The translations under genes and the position numbers were made by a program. From the human T2T-CHM13v2.0 reference genome, Homo sapiens: 64,000 nucleotides of DNA. The stretch is taken from assembly GCF_009914755.1 (NCBI RefSeq), contig NC_060948.1. One strand, given 5' to 3'. Positions within the stretch are counted from its first letter, which is position 1; every line of letters starts with the position of its first letter. Of this stretch, positions 10,706-24,030 are shown piece by piece. The notes under the pieces are model-generated. The model had not been told where the DNA came from and searched no databases. It saw only the letters and a list, made by a program, of their open reading frames with translations.

Positions 10706-13700
10706 TGGACTAGAGTGAAATGGAATCGAACCACAAGGAATGGACAGGAATAGAATGGTCTCGAATTGAATGGAATCGTATGGAATGGCATCAAACGGAA
10801 TGGAATGGACAGCCACGGAATGGAATGCACTCGAATGCAATGGAGTCGAAACTAATGGACTGGAATAGAATGGACTCGACTGGTACGGACTCCAATGGAA
10901 TGGAATCGAATGGAAGGGAATCGAACGGAATGGACTCGAAGGGAAAAGACTGCAATGGAAAGGTCTCGAATGGAATGGAAATTAATGGAATGGAATGGAA
11001 TCGAATGAAATGGAGTCAAAAGGAATGGAATCGAATGGCAAGAAATCGAATGTAATGGAATCGCAAGGAATTGATGTGAACGGAACGGAATGGAATGGAA
11101 TCCAAAGGAATGGAATAGAATGGAATGGAATCGAATGGAAAGGACTCGAATGGAAATCACTCGAATAGAATGCAATTTAATAAAATAGGATCAAATGTAA
11201 TGGAATGGAATGGAAAGGAATCGAAACGAAAGGAATGGAGACAGATGGAATGGAATGGAACAGAGAGCAATGGTATAGAATGGAATGGAATCATCTGGAA
11301 TGGAATTGAATGGAATGGAATAATATGAAATGGAATGGAATGGAATGGAATGGAATGCCCTTGAATTAAATGGACTGGAATGGAATGGACTCGAACAGAG
11401 TGGAATGGAAAGTGTTGAGATAGAATGGAATGGACTCCTTTGGAATGGTGTAGTATGCAATGCAATCGACTGGCAGGGAATCAAAAGGAATGTAATGGAA
11501 TGGATTGGACTGGAATGCAATGGACTCGAATAGATTGGAAACGGAATGCAAAGGAATGGAATGGAATAGTATGGAATGGAATGGAAAGGAATGGAGTGGA
11601 ATAGACTAGAGTGGAATGGAATGGACTGGAAAGCAATGGACTGGAATGGAACTTTCTTGAATGGACTGGAATCAAACGGAATGGAATGCAATGCAATCAA
11701 ATGGCATGGAATAAAATAGAATGAAAGAGAATCAAATGGAATTGAATCGAATGGAATCGAATGGATTGGAAAGGAATAGAATGGAATGGAATGGAATGGA
11801 CTAGAATGGAATGGATTCGAATGGAAGGCAAAGGAATGGAATCTATTGGAATGGACTGTAATGGAATGGAATGGAAGGGATTGGAATGGACTCGAATGGA
11901 ATGGACTGCAATAGAAAGGATTCGAATGGAATGAAAAAGAATTGAATGGAATAGAACAGAATGGAATCAAATCGAATGAAATGGAATGGAATAGAAAGGA
12001 ATGGAATGAAATGGAATGGAAAGGATTCGAATGGAATGCAATCGAATGGAATGGAATCGAACGGAATGGAATAAAATGGAAGAAAACTGGCAAGAAATGG
12101 AATCGAAATGAATGGAGTGTTATGGAACGGACTCAAAAGGAATTGAATGTAATAGAATGGAGTGGAGTGGACTCGAATATAATGGACTGGAATGGAATGA
12201 AATCACATGGAATGGGAACGAATGGAATGGAATGGAAAGGAATGGAATCGAATGGAAAGGAATCGAATGGAAGGGAATGAAATTGAATCAACAGGAATGG
12301 AAGGGAATAGAATAGACGGTAATGGAATGGACTCGAATAGAATGGACACGAATGCTCAAATTGAATGGACTCGAATGGAATGGAAACGAAAGGAATGTCA
12401 TCGAATGGAATTGAATGGATTGGAATGAAATCGCATAGAATGGAGTGGAATCAAATGGAATTGAATCGAAAGGAAAGGAAGCGAATGGACTGAAATGAAA
12501 TGGAATGGAATTGAATGGAAAGTAATGCAATGGAATAGAATGGAACGAAATTTCACGGAATGGAATCAAACTGAATGGAATCAAATCAATGGAATCAAAT
12601 CAAATGGAATGGAAAGGAATTGAATGGAGTAGATTGGATTGGATGGGATTGGAATGAAATGTACTGGAAAGGACTCGAATTTCATGAAACGGAATGGAAT
12701 GAATTGGAACGGAATGGACTCGAATGGAATGGAATGTCATGGAATGGCATCAAATGGAATGGCATCAAATGGAATGGAATCGAATGCAATGGAATGCTAT
12801 GGAATGGAATGGAATGCATTGGAATGGAATGTCCTCTAATGGAATGGATTCGAGTGGAATGGAATCGAATATAATGGAGTCGAATGAAATGGAATTGAAA
12901 GGAATGGGATCGAATACAATGGAATATACTGGAATGTAATGTAATGAACTCGAATGTAATTGACTGGAATGGAATGTACATGAATGGAATGTAATCGAAT
13001 GGAAAGTAATCCAATGGAATTGAATCTAATGCAATAAAATCGACTCAGATAGAGTAGAATGTAATGGAATGGAGTGCAGTGCAATGGAATGGAATGGAAT
13101 GGAATGCATTGGAATGGAATGGAATGGAATGGAATGGAATGGAATGGGATGGAATGGGATGGAATGGTATGGAATGGATAGTAATGGACTGGAGTGAAAT
13201 GGACTGGAAAGGAATGGACTCAAATTGAAAGGGCTCGAAAGGAATGGAGTCAAATGGAATGGTCTGGAATGGAATGAACACGAATGTAATGCAATCCAAT
13301 AGAATGGAATCGAATGGCATGGAATATAAAGAAATGGAATCGAAGAGAATGGAAACAAATGGAATGGAATTGAATGGAATGGAATTGAATGGAATGGGAA
13401 CGAATGGAGTGAAATTGTATGCAGTAGAAGGGAATAGAATGGAATGCAAGCGAAAGGAAAGGAATGGATTGGAATGGAATGGAATTCATTGGAATGGAAG
13501 GGAATGTAGTGTAATGGACAGGCCTGGAATAAAGTGGAATGCTACGGTCTCGAATGGAATAAAAATGTATGGAATGGAATGCAATGAAACGGAATCGAAT
13601 GTCATAGAATGTAATGGAATGCAAAAAAATGGAATCCAAAATCATTGACTGGAAAGGCTGGGTGTCGAAAGGAATTGACTCCAATGGAATGGAATCGAAT

Positions 13701-14259
13701 GGAATGGAAGTGAATAGAATCGAACTAAATCGAATGGAATGGAATTGATAGGAACGGAATGGAAAGGAATGCAATGATTTGGCATGGAATGGAATCGAAT
13801 GGCATCGAATGGAATGGAATGGAATGCAATGGAATGGAATGCATTAGAATGTAATGAACTTTAATGGAATGTACTCGAATGGATTCGACTGGAATGGAAT
13901 GTTCTGGAAGTGAATGGACTCCAATGGAATGGATTCCAAAGGAATGGAATCGTACGGAATGGAATCTAATGGAATGGAATTAAATGGAAATGAATCAAAT
14001 TGAATAGCACGGAATTGAATTGAATGGAATGGAATGCAATGGAATCTAATGAAACGGAAAGGAAAGGAATGGAATGGAATGGAATGGGCTGGAATGGAAA
14101 GGAATCGAAACGAATGGAATGGAATCGAACTGAAGAGACTGGAATGGAATGCACTGGAATGGAAGGGAGTGTAATGGAAGGTTCTCGAAAAAAATGGAAT
14201 CGAATGGAATGGAATTGAAAGGAACGGAATAGAGTCGAATGGAATTGAATGGAATGGAA
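10706..14259 (+). repeat. DYZ1 unit 4 (3554 bp)
   Basis: Marker spacing 10720 to 14274; 15-bp deletion near 11795 shared with unit 5. Confidence 0.93.
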
Positions 14260-17200
14260 TGGACTAGAGTGAAATGGAATCGAACCACAAGGAATGGACA
14301 GGAATAGAATGGTCTCGAATTGAATGGAATCGTATGGAATGGCATCAAACGGAATGGAATGGACAGCCACGGAATGGAATGCACTCGAATGCAATGGAGT
14401 CGAAACTAATGGACTGGAATAGAATGGACTCGACTGGTACGGACTCCAATGGAATGGAATCGAATGGAAGGGAATCGAACGGAATGGACTCGAAGGGAAA
14501 AGACTGCAATGGAAAGGTCTCGAATGGAATGGAAATTAATGGAATGGAATGGAATCGAATGAAATGGAGTCAAAAGGAATGGAATCGAATGGCAAGAAAT
14601 CGAATGTAATGGAATCGCAAGGAATTGATGTGAACGGAACGGAATGGAATGGAATCCAAAGGAATGGAATAGAATGGAATGGAATCGAATGGAAAGGACT
14701 CGAATGGAAATCACTCGAATAGAATGCAATTTAATAAAATAGGATCAAATGTAATGGAATGGAATGGAAAGGAATCGAAACGAAAGGAATGGAGACAGAT
14801 GGAATGGAATGGAACAGAGAGCAATGGTATAGAATGGAATGGAATCATCTGGAATGGAATTGAATGGAATGGAATAATATGAAATGGAATGGAATGGAAT
14901 GGAATGGAATGCCCTTGAATTAAATGGACTGGAATGGAATGGACTCGAACAGAGTGGAATGGAAAGTGTTGAGATAGAATGGAATGGACTCCTTTGGAAT
15001 GGTGTAGTATGCAATGCAATCGACTGGCAGGGATTCAAAAGGAATGTAATGGAATGGATTGGACTGGAATGCAATGGACTCGAATAGATTGGAAACGGAA
15101 TGCAAAGGAATGGAATGGAATAGTATGGAATGGAATGGAAAGGAATGGAGTGGAATAGACTAGAGTGGAATGGAATGGACTGGAAAGCAATGGACTGGAA
15201 TGGAACTTTCTTGAATGGACTGGAATCAAACGGAATGGAATGCAATGCAATCAAATGGCATGGAATAAAATAGAATGAAAGAGAATCAAATGGAATTGAA
15301 TCGAATGGAATCGAATGGATTGGAAAGGAATAGAATGGAATGGAATGGAATGGACTAGAATGGAATGGATTCGAATGGAAGGCAAAGGAATGGAATCTAT
15401 TGGAATGGACTGTAATGGAATGGAATGGAAGGGATTGGAATGGACTCGAATGGAATGGACTGCAATAGAAAGGATTCGAATGGAATGAAAAAGAATTGAA
15501 TGGAATAGAACAGAATGGAATCAAATCGAATGAAATGGAATGGAATAGAAAGGAATGGAATGAAATGGAATGGAAAGGATTCGAATGGAATGCAATCGAA
15601 TGGAATGGAATCGAACGGAATGGAATAAAATGGAAGAAAACTGGCAAGAAATGGAATCGAAATGAATGGAGTGTTATGGAACGGACTCAAAAGGAATTGA
15701 ATGTAATAGAATGGAGTGGAGTGGACTCGAATATAATGGACTGGAATGGAATGAAATCACAAGGAATGGGAACGAATGGAATGGAATGGAAAGGAATGGA
15801 ATCGAATGGAAAGGAATCGAATGGAAGGGAATGAAATTGAATCAACAGGAATGGAAGGGAATAGAATAGACGGTAATGGAATGGACTCGAATAGAATGGA
15901 CACGAATGCTCAAATTGAATGGACTCGAATGGAATGGAAACGAAAGGAATGTCATCGAATGGAATTGAATGGATTGGAATGAAATCGCATAGAATGGAGT
16001 GGAATCAAATGGAATTGAATCGAAAGGAAAGGAAGCGAATGGACTGAAATGAAATGGAATGGAATTGAATGGAAAGTAATGCAATGGAATAGAATGGAAC
16101 GAAATTTCACGGAATGGAATCAAACTGAATGGAATCAAATCAATGGAATCAAATCAAATGGAATGGAAAGGAATTGAATGGAGTAGATTGGATTGGATGG
16201 GATTGGAATGAAATGTACTGGAAAGGACTCGAATTTCATGAAACGGAATGGAATGAATTGGAACGGAATGGACTCGAATGGAATGGAATGTCATGGAATG
16301 GCATCAAATGGAATGGCATCAAATGGAATGGAATCGAATGCAATGGAATGCTATGGAATGGAATGGAATGCATTGGAATGGAATGTCCTCTAATGGAATG
16401 GATTCGAGTGGAATGGAAACGAATATAATGGAGTCGAATGAAATGGAATTGAAAGGAATGGGATCGAATACAATGGAATATACTGGAATGTAATGTAATG
16501 AACTCGAATGTAATTGACTGGAATGGAATGTACATGAATGGAATGTAATCGAATGGAAAGTAATCCAATGGAATTGAATCTAATGCAATAAAATCGACTC
16601 AGATAGAGTAGAATGTAATGGAATGGAGTGCAGTGCAATGGAATGGAATGGAATGGAATGCAATGGAATGGAATGGAATGGAATGGAATGGAATGGGATG
16701 GAATGGGATGGAATGGTATGGAATGGATAGTAATGGACTGGAGTGAAATGGACTGGAAAGGAATGGACTCAAATTGAAAGGGCTCGAAAGGAATGGAGTC
16801 AAATGGAATGGTCTGGAATGGAATGAACACGAATGTAATGCAATCCAATAGAATGGAATCGAATGGCATGGAATATAAAGAAATGGAATCGAAGAGAATG
16901 GAAACAAATGGAATGGAATTGAATGGAATGGAATTGAATGGAATGGGAACGAATGGAGTGAAATTGTATGCAGTAGAAGGGAATAGAATGGAATGCAAGC
17001 GAAAGGAAAGGAATGGATTGGAATGGAATGGAATTCATTGGAATGGAAGGGAATGTAGTGTAATGGACAGGCCTGGAATAAAGTGGAATGCTACGGTCTC
17101 GAATGGAATAAAAATGTATGGAATGGAATGCAATGAAACGGAATCGAATGTCATAGAATGTAATGGAATGCAAAAAAATGGAATCCAAAATCATTGACTG

Positions 17201-17808
17201 GAAAGGCTGGGTGTCGAAAGGAATTGACTCCAATGGAATGGAATCGAATGGAATGGAAGTGAATAGAATCGAACTAAATCGAATGGAATGGAATTGATAG
17301 GAACGGAATGGAAAGGAATGCAATGATTTGGCATGGAATGGAATCGAATGGCATCGAATGGAATGGAATGGAATGCAATGGAATGGAATGCATTAGAATG
17401 TAATGAACTTTAATGGAATGTACTCGAATGGATTCGACTGGAATGGAATGTTCTGGAAGTGAATGGACTCCAATGGAATGGATTCCAAAGGAATGGAATC
17501 GTACGGAATGGAATCTAATGGAATGGAATTAAATGGAAATGAATCAAATTGAATAGCACGGAATTGAATTGAATGGAATGGAATGCAATGGAATCTAATG
17601 AAACGGAAAGGAAAGGAATTGAATGGAATGGAAAGGGCTGGAATGGAAAGGAATCGAAACGAATGGAATGGAATCGAACTGAAGAGACTGGAATGGAATG
17701 CACTGGAATGGAAGGGAGTGTAATGGAAGGTTCTCGAAAAAAATGGAATCGAATGGAATGGAATTGAATGGAACGGAATAGAGTCGAATGGAATTGAATG
17801 GAATGGAA
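14260..17808 (+). repeat. DYZ1 unit 5 (3549 bp)
   Basis: Marker spacing 14274 to 17823. Confidence 0.93.
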
Positions 17809-20437
17809 TGGACTAGAGTGAAATGGAATCGAACCACAAGGAATGGACAGGAATAGAATGGTCTCGAATTGAATGGAATCGTATGGAATGGCATCAAACG
17901 GAATGGAATGGACAGCCACGGAATGGAATGCACTCGAATGCAATGGAGTCGAAACTAATGGACTGGAATAGAATGGACTCGACTGGTACGTACTCCAATG
18001 GAATGGAATCGAATGGAAGGGAATCGAACGGAATGGACTCGAAGGGAAAAGACTGCAATGGAAAGGTCTCGAATGGAATGGAAATTAATGGAATGGAATG
18101 GAATCGAATGAAAAGGAGTCAAAAGGAATGGAATCGAATGGCAAGAAATCGAATGTAATGGAATCGCAAGGAATTGATGTGAACGGAACGGAATGGAATG
18201 GAATCCAAAGGAATGGAATAGAATGGAATGGAATCGAATGGAAAGGACTCGAATGGAAATCACTCGAATAGAATGCAATTTAATAAAATAGGATCAAATG
18301 TAATGGAATGGAATGGAAAGGAATCGAAACGAAAGGAATGGAGACAGATGGAATGGAATGGAACAGAGAGCAATGGTATAGAATGGAATGGAATCATCTG
18401 GAATGGAATTGAATGGAATGGAATAATATGAAATGGAATGGAATGGAATGGAATGGAATGGAATGGAATGCCCTTGAATTAAATGGACTGGAATGGAATG
18501 GACTCGAACAGAGTGGAATGGAAAGTGTTGAGATAGAATGCAATGGACTCCTTCGGAATGGTCTAGTATGCAATGCAATCGACTGGCAGGGAATCAAAAG
18601 GAATGTAATCGAATGGATTGGACTGGAATGCAGTGGACTCGAATAGATTGGAAACGGAATGCAAAGGAATGGAATGGAATAGTATGGAATGGAATGGAAA
18701 GGAATGGAGTGGAATAGACTAGAGTGGAATGGAATGGACTGGAAAGCAATGGACTGGAATGGAACTTTCTTGAATGGACTGGAATCAAACGGAATGGAAT
18801 GCAATGCAATCAAATGGCATGGAATAAAATAGAATGAAAGAGAATCAAATGGAATTGAATCGAATGGAATCGAATGGATTGGAAAGGAATAGAATGGAAT
18901 GGAATGGAATTGACTCAAATGGAATGGACTAGAATGGAATGGATTCGAATGGAAGGCAAAGGAATGGAATCTATTGGAATGGACTGTAATGGAATGGAAT
19001 GGAAGGGATTGGAATGGACTCGAATGGAATGGACTGCAATAGAAAGGATTCGAATGGAATGAAAAAGAATTGAATGGAATAGAACAGAATGGAATCAAAT
19101 CGAATGAAATGGAATGGAATAGAAAGGAATGGAATGAAATGGAATGGAAAGGATTCGAATGGAATGCAATCGAATGGAATGGAATCGAACGGAATGGAAT
19201 AAAATGGAAGAAAACTGGCAAGAAATGGAATCGAAATGAATGGAGTGTTATGGAACGGACTCAAAAGGAATTGAATGTAATAGAATGGAGTGGAGTGGAC
19301 TCGAATATAATGGACTGGAATGGAATGAAATCACAAGGAATGGGAACGAATGGAATGGAATGGAAAGGAATGGAATCGAATGGAAAGGAATCGAATGGAA
19401 GGGAATGAAATTGAATCAACAGGAATGGAAGGGAATAGAATAGACGGTAATGGAATGGACTCGAATAGAATGGACACGAATGCTCAAATTGAATGGACTC
19501 GAATGGAATGGAAACGAAAGGAATGTCATCGAATGGAATTGAATGGATTGGAATGAAATCGCATAGAATGGAGTGGAATCAAATGGAATTGAATCGAAAG
19601 GAAAGGAAGCGAATGGACTGAAATGAAATGGAATGGAATTGAATGGAAAGTAATGCAATGGAATAGAATGGAACGAAATTTCACGGAATGGAATCAAACT
19701 GAATGGAATCAAATCAATGGAATCAAATCAAATGGAATGGAAAGGAATTGAATGGAGTAGATTGGATTGGATGGGATTGGAATGAAATGTACTGGAAAGG
19801 ACTCGAATTTCATGAAACGGAATGGAATGAATTGGAACGGAATGGACTCGAATGGAATGGAATGTCATGGAATGGCATCAAATGGAATGGCATCAAATGG
19901 AATGGAATCGAATGCAATGGAATGCTATGGAATGGAATGGAATGCATTGGAATGGAATGTCCTCTAATGGAATGGATTCGAGTGGAATGGAATCGAATAT
20001 AATGGAGTCGAATGAAATGGAATTGAAAGGAATGGGATCGAATACAATGGAATATACTGGAATGTAATGTAATGAACTCGAATGTAATTGACTGGAATGG
20101 AATGTACATGAATGGAATGTAATCGAATGGAAAGTAATCCAATGGAATAGAATCTAATGCAATAAAATCGACTCAGATAGAGTAGAATGTAATGGAATGG
20201 AGTGCAGTGCAATGGAATGGAATGGAATGGAATGCAATGGAATGGAATGGAATGGAATGGAAAGGGCTGGAATGGAAAGGAATCGAAACGAATGGAATGG
20301 AATCGAACTGAAGAGACTGGAATGGAATGCACTGGAATGGAAGGGAGTGTAATGGAAGGTTCTCGAAAAAAATGGAATGGAATGGAATGGAATTGAATGG
20401 AACGGAATAGAGTCGAATGGAATTGAATGGAATGGAA
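17809..20437 (+). repeat. DYZ1 unit 6, internally deleted (2629 bp)
   Basis: Marker spacing 17823 to 20452; the sequence jumps from the GGAGTGCAGTGCAAT region directly to GGAAAGGGCTGG at ~20240-20265. Confidence 0.95.
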
Positions 20438-23400
20438 TGGACTAGAGTGAAATGGAATCGAACCACAAGGAATGGACAGGAATAGAATGGTCTCGAATTG
20501 AATGGAATCGTATGGAATGGCATCAAACGGAATGGAATGGACAGCCACGGAATGGAATGCACTCGAATGCAATGGAGTCGAAACTAATGGACTGGAATAG
20601 AATGGACTCGACTGGTACGGACTCCAATGGAATGGAATCGAATGGAAGGGAACCGAACGGAATGGACTCGAAGGGAAAAGACTGCAATGGAAAGGTCTCG
20701 AATGGAATGGAAATTAATGGAATGGAATGGAATCGAATGAAATGGAGTCAAAAGGAATGGAATCGAATGGCAAGAAATCGAATGTAATGGAATCGCAAGG
20801 AATTGATGTGAACGGAACGGAATGGAATGGAATCCAAAAGAATGGAATAGAATGGAATGGAATCGAATGGAAAGGACTCGAATGGAAATCACTCGAATAG
20901 AATGCAATTTAATAAAATAGGATCAAATGTAATGGAATGGAATGGAAAGGAATCGAAACGAAAGGAATGGAGACAGATGGAATGGAATGGAACAGAGAGC
21001 AATGGTATAGAATGGAATGGAATCATCTGGAATGGAATTGAATGGAATGGAATAATATGAAATGGAATGGAATGGAATGGAATGGAATGGAATGGAATGG
21101 AATGGAATGGAATGCCCTTGAATTAAATGGACTGGAATGGAATGGACTCGAACAGAGTGGAATGGAAAGTGTTGAGATAGAATGCAATGGACTCCTTTGG
21201 AATGGTCTAGTATGCAATGCAATCGACTGGCAGGGAATCAAAAGGAATGTAATCGAATGGATTGGACTGGAATGCAATGGACTCGAATAGATTGGAAACG
21301 GAAAGCAAAGGAATGGAATGGAATAGTATGGAATGGAATGCAAAGGAATGGAGTGGAATAGACTAGAGTGGAATGGAATGGACTCGAAAGCAATGGACTG
21401 GAATGGAACTTTCTTGAATGGACTGGAATCAAACGGAATGGAATGCAATGCAATCAAATGGCATGGAATAAAATAGAATGAAAGAGAATCAAATGGAATT
21501 GAATCGAATGGAATCGAATGGATTGGAAAGGAATAGAATGGAATGGAATGGAATTGACTCAAATGGAATGGACTACAATGGAATGGATTCGAATGGAAGG
21601 CAAAGGAATGGAATCTATTGGAATGGACTGTAATGGAATGGAATGGAAGGGATTGGAATGGACTCGAATGGAATGGACTGCAATAGAAAGGATTCGAATG
21701 GAATGAAAAAGAATTGAACGGAATAGAACAGAATGGAATCAAATCGAATTAAATGGAATGGAATAGAAAGGAATGGAATGAAATGGAATGGAAAGGATTC
21801 GAATGGAATGCAATCGAATGGAATGGAATCGAACGGAATGGAATAAAATGGAAGAAAACAGGCAAGAAGTGGAATCGAAATGAATGGAGTGTTATGGAAC
21901 GGACTCAAAAGGAATTGAATGTAATAGAATGGAGTGGAGTGGACTCGAATATAATGGACTGGAATGGAATGAAATCACATGGAATGGGAACAAATGGAAC
22001 GGAATGGAAAGGAATGGAATCGAATGGAAAGGAATCGAATGGAAGGGAATGAAATTGAATCAACAGGAATAGAAGGGAATAGAATAGACGGTAATGGAAT
22101 GGACTCGAATAGAATGGACACGAATGCTCAAATTGAATGGACTCCAATGGAATGGAAACGAAAGGAATGTCATCGAATAGAATTGAATCGATTGGAATGA
22201 AATCGCAAGAATGGAGTGGAATCAAACGGAATTGAATTGAAAGGAAAGGAAGCGAATGGACTGAAATGAAATGGAATGGAATTGAATGGAAAGTAATGCA
22301 ATGGAATAGAATGGAACGAAATTTCACGGAATGGAATCAAACTGAAAGGAATCAAATCAATGGAATCTAATCAAATGGAATGGAAAGGAATTGAATGGAG
22401 TAGATTGGATTGGATGGGATTGGAGTGAAATGTACTGGAAAGGACTCGAATTTCATGAAACGGAATGGAATGAATTGGAACGGAATGGACTCGAATGGAA
22501 TGGAATGTCATGGAATGGCATCAAATGGAATGGCATCAAATGGAATGGAATCGAATGCAATGGAATGCTATGGAATGGAATGGAATGCATTGGAATGGAA
22601 TGTCCTCTAATGGAATGGATTCGAGTGGAATGGAATCGAATATAATGGAGTCGAATGAAATGGAATTGAAAGGAATGGGATCGAATACAATGGAATATAC
22701 TGGAATGTAATGTAATGAACTCGAATGTAATTGACTGGAATGGAATGTACATGAATGGAATGTAATCGAATGGAAAGTAATCCAATGGAATAGAATCTAA
22801 TGCAATAAAATCGACTCAGATAGAGTAGAATGTAATGGAATGGAGTGCAGTACAATGGAATGGAATGGAATGCAATGGAATGGAATGGAATGGAATGGAA
22901 TGGAATGGAATGGAATGGGATGGAATGGGATGGAATGGTATGGAATGGATAGTAATGGACTGGAGTGAAATGGACTGGAAAGGAATGGACTCAAATTGAA
23001 AGGGCTCGAAAGGAATGGAGTCAAATGGAATGGTCTGGAATGGAATGAACACGAATGTAATGCAATCCAATAGAATGGAATCGAATGGCATGGAATATAA
23101 AGAAATGGAATCGAAGAGAATGGAAACAAATGCAATGGAATTGAATGGAATGGAATTGAATGGAATGGGAGCGAATGGAGTGAAATTGTATGCAGTAGAA
23201 GGGAATAGAATGGAATGCAAGCGAAAGGAAAGGAATGGATTGGAATGGAATGGAATTCATTGGAATGGAAGGGAATGTAGTGTAATGGACAGGCCTGGAA
23301 TAAAGTGGAATGCTACGGTCTCGAATGGAATAAAAATGTATGGAATGGAATGCAATGAAACGGAATCGAATGTCATAGAATGTAATGGAATGCAAAAAAA

Positions 23401-24030
23401 TGGAATCCAAAATCATTGACTGGAAAGGCTGGGTGTCGAAAGGAATTGACTCCAATGGAATGGAATTGAATGGAATGGAAGTGAATAGAATCGAACTAAA
23501 TCGAATGGAATGGAATTGATAGGAACGGAATGGAAAGGAATGCAATGATTTGGCATGGAATGGAATCGAATGGCATCGAATGGAATGGAATGGAATGCAA
23601 TGGAATGGAATGTATTAGAATGTAATGAACTTTAATGGAATGTACTCGAATGGATTCGACTGGAATGGAATGTTCTGGAAGTGAATGGACTCCAATGGAG
23701 TGGATTCAAAAGGAATGGAATCGTACGGAATGGAATCTAATGGAATGGAATTAAATGGAAATGAATCAAATTGAATAGCACGGAATTGAATTGAATGGAA
23801 TCGAATGCAATGGAATCAAATGAAACGGAAAGGAAAGGAATGGAATGGAATGGAATGGGCTGGAATGGAAAGGAATCGAAACGAATGGAATGGAATCGAA
23901 CTGAAGAGACTGGAATGGAATGCACTGGAATGGAAGGGAGTGTAATGGAAGGTTCTCGAAAAAAATGGAATCGAATGGAATGGAATTGAATGGAACGGAA
24001 TAGAGTCGAATGGAATTGAATGGAATGGAA
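20438..24030 (+). repeat. DYZ1 unit 7 (3593 bp; diverged B-type, longest unit)
   Basis: Marker spacing 20452 to 24045; (GGAAT)10 at ~21064-21113; many private substitutions. Confidence 0.93.
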
